Positions 12,034-23,525 of a stretch of 64,000 bases of DNA are shown piece by piece. The position numbers and the translations under genes are program-made. The notes beneath the pieces were generated by a model. The model searched no databases and had not been told where the DNA came from. It saw only the letters and a program-made list of their open reading frames with translations. How positions within the stretch are numbered: the stretch's first letter is position 1; each line of letters begins with the position of its first letter. This DNA is from Vermamoeba vermiformis (Eukaryota), in the NCBI GenBank assembly GCA_045837725.1, contig JBEWZL010000246.1, positions 124,001 to 188,000 of the forward strand, in the 5' to 3' direction.

Positions 12034-13366
12034 ATGACTCTTTGGCGTTATTTCCTTATCGTTGTTTTGGTCACCGTTGGTTGCATCTCCGAATCTGCGT
12101 CGGTAAGCCTTAATTGATTCTACTCAGCCTTAGTATCGTTCAATTACTAATATTTTTATATAAATAATAGGCAGCTGAACCAGCATGGTTGGCAGGCAAG
12201 CCAATGAATCAATGGTTTCAGATCAACGGAACGAGCGGCGCTGCTGGAGCCAATATCGTTGCTTGGAGCAGTTTTATTCTTCGTGAAGATACGACTGAAT
12301 TATTTATCGCTGCTAGTGGTGGTCATGGCGACTCTTATGATAACCGAGTTGTCTCGATCAAGTTGACCGACGATCAGCCGCAATGGATCTTGCGCGCCGC
12401 ACCAACACCTGTTGAACAAGTCTTGCCAAACGTACCTTACTATCTCGATGGCTTACCTTCATCTCGTCATAATTACCACTACACGCATTGGGTCCCTGCC
12501 ATCAACCGAATTGTTTTGTGTGGTGCGCGAGGAGTGTATGGATCTGCTTATGCTTTTCCTACAGTTGATGGATTCAATCCAGATACGAACAAATGGGATC
12601 CAGCTAATACTTGGCCTAACATTACCGCTGGCTCGTACGGAACCGTTCGTGAACGAAACAGCAGTATTATTTGGACGATCGGTTTGGATCGCGTGGATCT
12701 CGAAGCAAGGACTTTAACTAGTCCAATTACTAATAAGGCTAATGTTATGCTCCGCTGGCCTGTTGCGCATGATACACTTCGACATCAGCTGTTTTCATTG
12801 CAGTTTGCTGATGGCCAAGGCTACGGCGATGGTAAGTAATTACGTTTCTTACTGTCACGCCTCGTAATTATGGTTAGATCACGTGGCGCGAAATTTCATT
12901 TTTTTTTCTGCCCGAAAAATGCTGACAATATGACCAACGGAACTGACCTATTAATAGCCAGCATTCAATCGTCGCGCATTCCGCTTAACCCTGGAGACAC
13001 GCAGATTCAAGTTACGTTCAAAAACAGTACCGCACTGCAAATGTTCAACGACGAAAAACCAACGTACTCAGCCATGGACTACGATCCAATCAACGATCGA
13101 TTTTTGTTCTACAATGGCCAAGGTGCTTCTGCTGGTCGTATCTACGTCATCACTCCGAACGATGGTAATGAATGGGACATGAGTATTCTGCCATTGGCCG
13201 ATGGATCCGCCCTGCCTGAAGCTGTGACGAGCTCAGGCATCAATCGCAGATTTCTTTATGTGCCTGGACTCAACGTGTTTGTGTGCATGCCGCTTTCACA
13301 GAGCAACATTTGGTTCATTCGTGTTGGTAACTTCGGTACGTATCAAATGACACTTTTGACACTCTT

Positions 13367-13398
<32 letters not shown>

Positions 13399-13595
13399 CT
13401 TTTGACGCGTACTAATGCTAACCTTTAGAACAAATTCCTCAATCGGCGCCTTACGTCGCGAGTCCTGAAGCGTCAACTCCTCAATCAAACACGCCCACAA
13501 GTTCGAGCGTACCAAAAGCCACTACTAGCAACGCAAATCAACTTGCAGCCTTCGCTTCTTTGGTACTTCTTCTTAGTTTCCTTTTCGTGTTATAA
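12034..13595 (+). CDS. Secreted, probably GPI-anchored beta-propeller-like protein, copy 2 (tandem paralogue)
   Basis: Same exon structure as 10100-11715 and high protein similarity to it; signal peptide MTLWRYFLIVVLVTVG. Confidence 0.75.
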
Positions 13596-13905
13596 CTTTC
13601 GATCACCGAGTGAGAACATAAACTTTACAATTAGTTTGGCTTTTTGATGTAATGTTTGCTGTCTCTTTGAATCATTGACGAAGCAACGCTGACAAACGAA
13701 ATGAAACCAACTCCAATCCTCTGCACCAAGAGCATAATGAACCGATTCAATCACCGCTCTACCAAACCAAGAAAATTGTGTAACTTCTAACAATTTCGTG
13801 CGACGGTCAAACAATTGTGCCAGGAAAGAGCTAGAATTTGATAACTCGATTCGCTTTATACAATATACTACAGAAAATATATATACAAGATTGTACAACT
13901 GGCGT

Positions 13906-15397
13906 CTATGCAGTGAGAAAGCCTTCGTCTTCCTCGCCTTCCTCGTCCTCTCTTTCCTCTTTAGGCTCTTGTCCCCAAACTACGACGCCATAAATCTGGG
14001 GCATAAGCTCCTCCAGGCGATCAATAGAGATGACAGCCATCTGCCAGGAGCTCCTGTCCCTTTCGTAGTGGGGATACTGCGCCGTTCCGCGACGTTTGCC
14101 CATAGGACCAGTGATAGAACTTTTGTTACGCGTGGCCAGCCTCCACTGTTGGAAGTAAAATTTAGGTCGATCGAGACGGCACCCATTCACCATTCGGTCC
14201 CAGTCATCTTCTTGCCCTGACTCGAGATAAAGATCCAGAGACAAGTTGTCTTGTCTGGCGATTATGTCATTTTGGGGCTCCGTTCTGAATATAACCACAG
14301 CTGGGTCTTCGTTAGGGCACTGAGACGCTAGGTCTTCAGCCCACTCACGAGCTGCAAACCAGTCATCGCCCAAGTAAAACGCACCAGGTCCTTCTAGTGG
14401 CATGAAGTCCGTACGACGTGTTGAAGAAAGCTTGAGACATCGAATGATGTTCAATGCATTTGACCACGTGGTGCCGTGGTACATAAGGAAATAGCCTCCG
14501 TTCTCGGCTTCTGCCCATAACTCTTCAAGAGCCGTTTGCAGTCTGCCTTCAAAGCCAGCAACAGTTCTGGGCACGTTGAAGACACACAAGTCGTCCCTTG
14601 TTTTAGGATGCACATCTGGAGTCACTTCCCCGACGTATGTCCAGGTAAACGGGGCAGATGTGCAGCGGTTTGCCTGAAGGAACCGAGCGTTACCCAAGAG
14701 GACAGAGACCTGGTCAAGAAGATTTGTATGGTCGCCCATCTTTTTCACAGCCTCGACGATGCGTCGAGCACCTTCAGATGTAAAACAAAAGTGTTGGGTG
14801 AGAAGATCTTCCTCATCGGCGAAGGAATCCGGCAGAGAAGCCATCTTCATGTTTAAAAATATGCTCAGTGCATATAAGTCCTCTTCATGATGCCGAAGGC
14901 GGACAAATTGCTTCGTAAGCCATCCTTCGACCTAAGTACGAAGGTGAGAAAAAGTTTTAGATTCGCGATTCGAATTGTGTAAAGCAAATTTTACGTTAAT
15001 TACCTTTTTGGCATCGATGCCTGCAAGTTCGAATTTAGCTAGAACAGGGAGAGCCCATGAAGGGGTACCTTCATCTTCAGAAGACTACAAAAAAACCGAA
15101 TCAGTACGAATCGCGTCGACCACGACCTTTAGTTTGCTTACCATAATCCTCTGTGGTACGCTGCTTTTCGAAGGTGCTAATGAGACCTCCGTCGGGGCTT
15201 TTTTGTGCTGAACAACTGCGTAGTTGACCGAATGTTGACCACCTGCGAATTTTAAAAGAACCGGATTTCGTGCTCCATTGAGCAATACGTTGATAGGAAA
15301 ACCAGCGTTACTCTGTGGAATGGACCTGGCCATAAGGAAGTTAGTTAAACTTAGTCTTCACTCATTTCAGTACTTACCGAATAGATGCTTCGAGCAT
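13906..15397 (-). CDS. DUF3990-like / ADP-ribosyltransferase-fold protein, copy 1 (5' end uncertain)
   Basis: The large last exon has MYHGTT...TDF...GAFYLG..AAREWA..PAVVIF..WDRMVNGCR..ITGP..WQMAV. Upstream phase-0 exons join in frame (VEGWLTKQF; SSEDEGTPSW). Confidence 0.65.
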
Positions 15398-16106
15398 TTG
15401 TGGTAGCGGTTATGTAAGTGGGTACAAAAAATGCATCGAAATAAACCGGTACAACAACAATTCTACCTGTTTTTGGCCATCAAAACTGGTTTGGCAGGTC
15501 AAAATCCCGTCTGGGAAGGTGGATGCGTACGGTGAGTTACCAGATGCGCTTTGGGAGACGTTTAGGTTGAGACTCTTACCCCGGGGGTAACTTGACTTCG
15601 CTCTAAATTCTTATTGTACAGATCCTGGCTATATATAATGCTAAATCCGACTACTTAATCCCGATATCCGGTACTGTATGACGAGCTGTCTTTGTGAATC
15701 GTTTTCAACTTTGCCCTTTTGCTTTCATCCGCGTACTTTTTCTTATAAAATACCACAATGGCGACAAGCATGTTATTTGCAGTATGTTGCAAACACTCGC
15801 CGAGTTAGAGCTCCGCTTGCCAAACAATTTAGTTTGGATTTATTTCGCTTTATCTGGTTACGGCAGCCCGTTACAACAATTTTCTACACTCTATTTGTCA
15901 TTAATTATGCAGTAAGTTTAAATTTTTTTGGCGCAATACAGAAAAAAATTAAATTTAATTTCATACGAAATCTGTGTCTAATTCGCAGTCAGTTTAAAGC
16001 CAGCGTTTAAGAATGCGTTGCCCTAAAGATCTCAGTATTTGTATACATGCTTGGATCTTGATTCGCGAATCCAACATCCAATCCGTTTATGAAAATGATA
16101 GACAAA

Positions 16107-16258
16107 CTCATAAGCATGCCAATGAACACCGTCTTTCTCACGAGTTCAATAAGCTCATCCCGCGAGAGGCTCATTTGCTGCGGACCTTCTCGCTTTCGTG
16201 ATTCGAAGTGCTTAGCCAGCTTGGTTCTAATGTCAAGGCTTGCCGATATATCTATCTA
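16107..16258 (-). pseudogene. Degenerate duplicated fragment of the neighbouring 6PGD-like gene
   Basis: Direct nucleotide similarity to 18214-18360, for example ctcataagcatgccaatgaacac and ttagccagcttggttctaatgtcaaggcttgccgatat. No start codon or remaining exons. Confidence 0.85.
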
Positions 16259-16287
16259 AACTTATCAATGCTTGCTTCGTCCTTGCG

Positions 16288-17540
16288 CTATTTGACTTCT
16301 CTAGGCTCTTGTCCCCAAACAACGACGCCGTAAATCTGGGGCATAAGCTCCACTAGGCGATCAATAGAGAAGACTGCCATCTGCCAGGAGCTCTTGTCCC
16401 TTTCGTAGTAGGGATGCTGCTCCGTTCCGCGACGTTTGCCAATAGGACCAGTGATAGAACTTTTGTTACACGTGGCCAGCTTCCACTGTTCGACGTAAAA
16501 TCGTCGATTGAGACGGCACCCATTCACCATTCGGTCCCAGTCATCTTCTTGCCCTGACTCGAGATAAAGATCCAAAGACAAGTTGTCTTCTCTGGCGATT
16601 AAGTCACTCTCTGGCTCCGTTCTGAAGATTACGACAGCCGGATCTTCACCAGGGCACTGAGAGGCTCGGTTTTCAGCCCACTCACGAGCTGCAAACCAGT
16701 CATCGCCCATGTAAAATGCACCTGGTCCTTTTCGTGGCCTGAAGTCTGTCTGGCGGGTAGACCTGAGCTCGAGTCCTTCAATGATGCTTACAGCATTTGA
16801 CCACGTGGTGCCGTGGTACATTAGGGAATAGCCTTCGTTCTCAGCTTTTGCCCGTAAATCTGCAAGTGCCGTTTGCAGCCTGTCTTCAAAGCCTGCAACA
16901 GTTGTAGGCACGTTGAAGACACACAAGTCGTCCCTTGTTTGAGGGTGTACCTCTGGAGTTACTTCGCTGACGTATGTCCAGGTAAAAGGGGCAGATGAGC
17001 AGCGGTAAGCTTGAAGGAACCGAGCGTTATCCAAGAGGACAGAGACCTCGTCAAGAAGAGTTGTATGATCTCCCATCTTTTTCACAGCATCAATAATGCG
17101 TCGAGCACCTTCAGGCGTAAAACAAAAGTGTTGGGTCAGAAGATCTTCCTCATCCGCGTAGGAATCCGGCAGAGAAGCCATCTTCATGTTTAAAAATATG
17201 CTCAGTGCATATAAATCCTCTTCATGATGCCGAAGGTGGACGAATTGCTTCGTAAGCCATCCTTCGACCTAAGTACGAAGGTGAGAAAAAGTTTAGATTC
17301 GCATGTAATTAGTAAATTTAAAGTTAATTACCTTTCGGGCATCTATTCCTGCAAGCTCGAATTGAGATAGAATTATTTGAGCCCATGAAGGGGTACCTTC
17401 ATCGTCGGAAGACTACAAAAAAAGTGATAAGTACGAATCGCGTCGACCACTACTTAGCTTACCATAATCGGTTGTGGTAACGAGCCTTTCGCGAGTGATA
17501 ATGAGACCTCTGTTGGTTTATCTTTTTTTCTCAGCTTCAT
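16288..17540 (-). CDS. DUF3990-like / ADP-ribosyltransferase-fold protein, copy 2
   Basis: Near-identical paralogue of 13906-15397 with conserved introns. ATG at 17540 (MKLRKKDKPTEVS); motifs MYHGTT and GAFYMG. Confidence 0.68.
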
Positions 17541-17618
17541 AGTTGACGGGATGTTGACCAAACTGCAAATTTTGCTGGAAAAAAATTTATTATTGATTTA
17601 AAAATTTAGGGAAATGGG

Positions 17619-17639
17619 GAAAAAAAAAAAAAAAGGGGG

Positions 17640-17673
<34 letters not shown>
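17619..17673. repeat. Poly(A)-rich homopolymer tract
   Basis: Long A runs interrupted by G runs between the 6PGD-like stop and the start of DUF3990-like copy 2. Confidence 0.9.
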
Positions 17674-17677
<4 letters not shown>

Positions 17678-17712
17678 ATTGTAAACTAAGAACAAGGTTT
17701 CACCTATAGAAG

Positions 17713-19454
17713 CTAAGCCGAAGGTGCTTTATCCCACTCGGTATGAACAGGTTTCTGCTGCGGATCATCCAATCGTTCGTACTTGTGATTGCCAAAATAG
17801 TCAAGTTGCGCTTCCATCAGATTGATCGGTAATCGCCTAAATGCCACGAACTTTAGTAAGTTTGTAGTAGCCGAGACCCATATGACAATGATACTTACAC
17901 TTGGGTGAAGCTGTCAATGTACGATAAGGAAGCAGACAACGAAGGCATGGGTTCGCCTTGCGACACGCCCAGTACAACTGCACGACGAAGAGAATTAAGA
18001 TGCTCGTCGATCCATTTGGTGATTTGAGGATGCTCGAGCAAGTTGAATTTGTCCTTGGGCAACGAGTCAACATCGCCCTTGATCAACAGATCCGTGATCG
18101 AATCGATGGAAATGATGCACCCTCTGCGCCATATGATGCCACAATCTCGCAAACTGACGTTCCAATTTTGCGCTTGGGATGCTTTTACGATCAAATTGAT
18201 GCCTTGCACGAAGCTCATAAGCATGCCAATGAACACTGTCTTTCTCGCAACTTCAAAAAGCTCGTGCGAGAGGGTCATTAGCTGTGGAACTTCTCGCTTT
18301 CGTGATTCGAATTGTTTAGCCAGCTTGGTTCTAATGTCAAGGCTTGCCGATATGTATCTATAGTTAAGCGCAGAAGTAATAGTGGGGCAAGGTATGTGCT
18401 GCTCAGATGCCTCTTTGGTCGTCCAAACACCAGTTCCTTCGCTATTGTCCACATCTTGGTCGACCTTGTCAACGACTTGGTCCAACAAGAAATGTTTGCC
18501 CGTCTTCTCGTGTTCATCGAGAGTCACCATGATCTTGCTAGTAATGTCTAGTAAGAAGCAGTGCTTCAAGTGCGGATCCGTCTCGCGCCACTTGTCAATG
18601 ACTTTCTGAATAGTCTTGTGGTCCATATTGCCTACGTAGCGAAGAAGCGAATAGACCTCAGTTATTACCGACATCATGCCTTGTTCGATGCCTAAAGACA
18701 ATAATTAGCAACTAAAAAAATAAATAAGATGCTGATCCACGTACCATTGTGAACCATTTTGACGTAATGACCAGATCCGCGAGGACCGATGTAGGTCACC
18801 GTCTGTCCGACGTCACTCTTCGCAGACAACAGCGACAAAATTGGCTGGACTAACTCGTAAGCCTCCTTCGTGCCACCAGGGCTGAAGCTAGCGCCGTGGC
18901 GAGCAGACTGGTAGCCACCACTAATTCCGGTACCAACGAAATGAACGTCCATTTCCTCCTTTAGCCATCTCATTCGTCGTTCGGTCTCTTGGTACCACTC
19001 GTTTCCCGCATCCACGATGACGTCGCCTGGCGAGATCCAAGGCTGCAATTCTCGCAACACTTCGTCCGTAGCTTTGCCGTGGCTCAGCAGTAGAATGAAT
19101 TTTCTGAGTAATACAAAAATTAGTCGCAAAGTACCCGGAAAGAAATTGGATCACGCATAAGTTATTCTTTACTTGTGGTCAGTCGTACCTTGGTAGTTTT
19201 AGCTTCTCACCCATCTCGCTTAAGCCGGCACAATCTTCGAGCTTATATTTTCCTTCTCCTTCTTTCTCCGCTTGCTTCAGCAGGTTCAATACTTTGTCAT
19301 GAGATCTGTTGTAAACCTTAAAGAGGGATCAATTAGAATACGTATTCCTTCTTAATGACGTGCTTACCGCTACTTTAAGACCTTTTTCAGCCAAAAGCAA
19401 GGCAACATTACTGCCCATGGTACCAAGTCCTATGACACCAACATCGCACGACAT
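17713..19454 (-). CDS. gnd: 6-phosphogluconate dehydrogenase family protein (atypical active site)
   Basis: VGVIGLGTMG, YNRS, DAGNEWYQETERR, GTGISGG, SPGG, GSGHYVKMVHNGIE, IWRRGCII and C-terminal EAQLDYFGNH..HTEW; 5 exons. Confidence 0.9.
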
Positions 19455-19880
19455 TATAGTCTGTCTCTTCTATCTTTGATTTTAATTAACTAATGAAAAA
19501 TATTCGCAAATTGCCGAATATATGATCAAATTTATAGTTGCGTTCAAGGTTCACTGATATTTCCGAGTTCGGATCGCGGCATCGTGACTTTAATTCCCGA
19601 AAAGCAATGGTCAAAATATACCATAAGAAATCCACAATAATATCTCGATTATTAAGATATTGTGTCTTAATCAATTTTTTTGAAGGAGATCTAAAAAAGT
19701 CTTACGGCCCACGGCGAATTGACCTCCGCTTCATGCCGATTCCGCGCTGACGGACGCCACGCACCAAGGTAAATGCAGCCTTTGTAACAAACTAAGACCT
19801 GCTAATAAAATTAATAAACGATAAAACCATTGACGGTACAAAAAAAATTTAACACCTATTATTATAATAATTACAACATA

Positions 19881-20519
19881 ATGCAAAGAATTATTATTAC
19901 CTTCATTTTACTTGGAGCTGTTGCATTTAATGTAGCAGATGCGACTTGGGTCTCGCAGCGCCAGTGCGACTATCTTAATAACACTTTCGGCGCAGCGAGT
20001 GTTCAAAATGGCAATTGTGTCCAAGCGGCCAATCCTAAAGATGGCTATTTGGCTTATTCCTGCACTGAATTTAATTTTGTAACATTAATTTGCCAAGATG
20101 CGGCTTGCCAAAATTGCAAACAACGAGAAAATCATCCGTTAAATCAGTGCACTGATATCTATTCACAAGGAAATGGAAGATATTTTTATCAGTGCTTCCC
20201 AGACGATCAGATCGACTTCGAAAAAGTGATCGACTCGCAAAGCTACCTACTCCAATCGTTCTCTTACGGCGATTCAATCACCAAACCTTGTGATGCCAAA
20301 CCTACCCAAATATTTGTCAGTCCAGTTGATACTTGCTTCCCCCAGCGAAGAGACAGAGGATCTTACATTACCTGCAGCGGATCAGAAGTCGAATTTAGAC
20401 AGTACGATAATATCTCCTGCGCCAATACACCGGTTAGAACATATAGAAACGCGTTAGATAAATGCTATAGTGTTGAAGACAAGCTTGGGGAAGTTCTCTC
20501 TTGTGTATTAAGGAAATAA
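19881..20519 (+). CDS. Secreted cysteine-rich protein
   Basis: Single exon with a signal peptide (MQRIIITFILLGAVAF) and regularly spaced Cys in two internal halves; architecture similar to 52636-53253. Confidence 0.75.
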   Translation: MQRIIITFILLGAVAFNVADATWVSQRQCDYLNNTFGAASVQNGNCVQAANPKDGYLAYSCTEFNFVTLICQDAACQNCKQRENHPLNQCTDIYSQGNGRYFYQCFPDDQIDFEKVIDSQSYLLQSFSYGDSITKPCDAKPTQIFVSPVDTCFPQRRDRGSYITCSGSEVEFRQYDNISCANTPVRTYRNALDKCYSVEDKLGEVLSCVLRK

Positions 20520-21103
20520 AACGGTAACGAATTAACACCTTGAAAAGTCATTTTTATGCAACGAAAAGCTTCATAATTTAGCTCTATTTCAAGTATAAGG
20601 TTTGTAAATGCAGTTTGATTGCGAAGTACTCACGTGCGGGAACATCGTTTGTGCACTGCAATATTCACTTGAATGTTCTCACGAAGACGGCGCTTGTAAC
20701 CAAGGATTAGTACCATGCAATCTCCAAGTAAACTTCATTGCAGGTTACCTTTTGTTAGCTTGGATCTCGTGAGCGACTTCGTAAAATAAAAGACGCGTAG
20801 TGATTGATTTTAATAAATAGTGTTTATTGGTCGTAGAAATGACCCCAGAGTATGTCCGCACGAACAAGAAACCGTTACTATTATTATTGATAACAGACTA
20901 TTATACAATTCCCTCTCAATCCGAAGTTGTATAATAGGCTGTCGTCAATAGGTCGTAGAGAACGTCATTTCCGATCCGATTAGACTTACCATGAGTACCA
21001 TTAGTGACAAGGCCAATGTAGTGTTCAATATGGGGTTATATGTAACATAAGTCCTCGTATCACGGCGCTGAGTTGGTTAGTCAGCCTATGAACAAGTCTA
21101 TAT

Positions 21104-22488
21104 TTACAGTTTGGATACGAGGCGGTGAGCAACGTCGTGGTGTACGTTGGGGACAGGGCGGGGAAGAGGCGAGCCCGAGCGAAGGATTGGATGTGGGAAG
21201 TGTTGTTGGGGTTGAGGATTGTGGTAGTTGAAATCCCAGGGAAGATCCAACAACTCGACGTATCTCTTTGAATCGAGTTCGTGGACCATTTGTCGTAGTT
21301 CGTCTTCAGTTTGTCTATGCACGTCTGTTTTCCAATAGCCAACACAGCTCATCCAGTAGTCGATCACAAAATTCTTGACTAGCGCAGAAGGGATATAATG
21401 CTTGACTATCGTGCCAGGCTTAGCGAGGGGTTGCGCGGGAGGAGGTGGAGGAGGAGTTGATTGGAATCGGCGCATTTGACGCGGGCTTGTATTGCCGCTC
21501 ATTTTGTTAATACGAAGCAAATTGTGTTCGTTTTGTTGGTGCTCTTGCAAAGCAATAGCGTATTCTATTTGATCCTTTTGATGTTGGGTGACGCAGTGAG
21601 GTGACGATACGCGTACGCAAAGCCACAAGCAGTCGGTTGGTTTAGATTCGGGAGACAAAGGGGGCTGGATGAAGCCAAAATTGATGGCGCGGAAGCCCAA
21701 ATTATACAAAATGGCGTGTCTAAATATGATGTATTCATTAGTACGATGTCATGAATAGTAAAAAAAGCAGAATTTCAGTTTGATCAAAAGACGTTGCAAA
21801 GATTTGCGAAAAAAGATTTTCAGACTTGCAATGATGCTTACCTTTCACGAGGATTCATTACGTCTTGATGACCGACAGTGAGTTTGTTCGTTTCCAAAAA
21901 GAATCCGTCGACACGGGGAAGATGACGGAAGATACGGGCGTCCGAGTCTCCGATCATTTCGGCGCTGTTAGCCAACAGCTTGGAGAGGCCCTTGCCACGA
22001 GTGCGAGGGTCAACACAAAAATAGGAGAGAAGAATCGTGTTTGAGCTGATGATGTATTCGAAGCAGCATCCACCGACCATTGGTCCAAGAGGGCCCATTC
22101 TGCGAGCGCGTTCTCGTCCAGCGGTCTCGTTGGCTTCAATAGGTGATTCAGAGTTATTAGTTTCGTTAGAGTTGATTGCCTGGGGCTCATCTTCAGTGTT
22201 GCTGGCGGGATTTCTTTCAAGACCGCGGACGGAGACTTTCCTTGTCACGGGCGCAGCTCTTCTTGATGTAGGAAGATTCTCGAAAGCGAGTACCACATGG
22301 CCAACAACATCTCTTGGGTTCGGGTCGCAAAGAGCGTCAATCCAAACGTCGATGGGATCAAGTTCATCGGGAATGACACTGAAGTTAGGCACGAGGAAGT
22401 CATTGTAGAACTTCCTCAATAAGCGCTCATCGTAGTGAGTTCTTAAATCGACAAAGGTGAAGTTGTTGTGACTAATAACTGATTGCAT
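21104..22488 (-). CDS. GNAT-family N-acetyltransferase-like protein (2 exons)
   Basis: The acetyl-CoA motif A is present (LLSYFCVDPRTRGKGLSKLL), followed by FFLET, RHAILYNLGFRAINFGFIQPPL. One intron (~21720-21841) joins ORFs 21838 and 21104 in frame. Confidence 0.8.
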
Positions 22489-23525
22489 TTGGGTTCAAAA
22501 ATTAACGGTTCTGGAGTGACGATACTAGTATAGAGTAAAGCTGTCAAAAACAAAATTAGTATCATGGCGAGGGTCACGGACCCCAAGGAGATCCCTCTTG
22601 AGGGAAGGGAGAAGTGCCTCCAAGGTAAATCCTGGTAAAGAGAAAAAAAGAAATAGGGCTAGAAAACTTGTTTCTAATACCCCCCCAAGTTAGTATTAGT
22701 GTGACCATCATAGTATTATAGTATGTATAGTATAGTAAAGGTGATAAAAATTATTTGGGTACTTACCTAAGCTAAAATATAAATTATGTTTGATGCGAGT
22801 ATTTATCATCTACGTTCCGTCGTTACACCGCGTTCCAGGGTTGTATCAACGGCAAACCGAGGTTGCAATAAAATAAATATACAAAGTTATTTTACAGAAC
22901 CCGAAGGGCTGGAGTGTGTTTCAAACGAAATTGAAATAAGGTTGAAATGAAAGTTATTTTTCCGTGCCTTTTTATTGGCCAGGTTATTTTGCGAAGGATT
23001 CCTTCGGAGAATATTTTCGCAAGTCAAAATTCAGCGGTTAGAATTTTCATTTAAAACCACACCGTTGCGAAAACAACACAAGAAAAGGCAAAATATTTTT
23101 AATCAGAGCAAAATATCCGTCGTATTTCCCTTGAACTTAAAAACTCTGGATGCAGCTTTTATTTGTTTTGCAATTTTGTTAAAGGACGCGGAGTGTAGCG
23201 CACGCCGCTCTAATGTGCACAGCTTTTGCCATTCCTCTCTAAAATTCATTAATGGTGTACGTTTACTACGCAGAACATTGGTTATGTTTCACCGCACATC
23301 TAACCACATTGCCGCGAACCTTTTTAAAAGGTAATGTCTAATTTTCTAGTCAATGTTCGAGTTTCGTGCAGGCTGAAATAGGTTGTATTATAACATTATT
23401 TCACAAATATTTTTATTTTCGATCGGCGGGCAAATGGCGCCGGGACAATCTGACAGCTAGAAAGCCTCCCTAGTTGTGTGCTACCGTTTTATTTTTTTAT
23501 CTGCCACAAACACAACACCACTACT

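Noticed and set aside
13371-13403. Long poly(T) producing poly-Phe/poly-Lys ORF tails
   Set aside because: It lies inside intron 3 of the propeller paralogue, so the ORF-track translations are artefacts.
15400-16100. ORFs and a short palindrome (TTACCCCGGGGGTAA) between the ART copies, as a possible transposon
   Set aside because: No transposase motif, terminal repeats or target-site duplication could be identified.
17619-17673. Poly(A) tract as a retroposition scar for the ART duplicate
   Set aside because: It is poly(T) on the coding strand and lies 5' of ART copy 2, which retains its introns. It is more likely a UTR homopolymer or noisy sequence.
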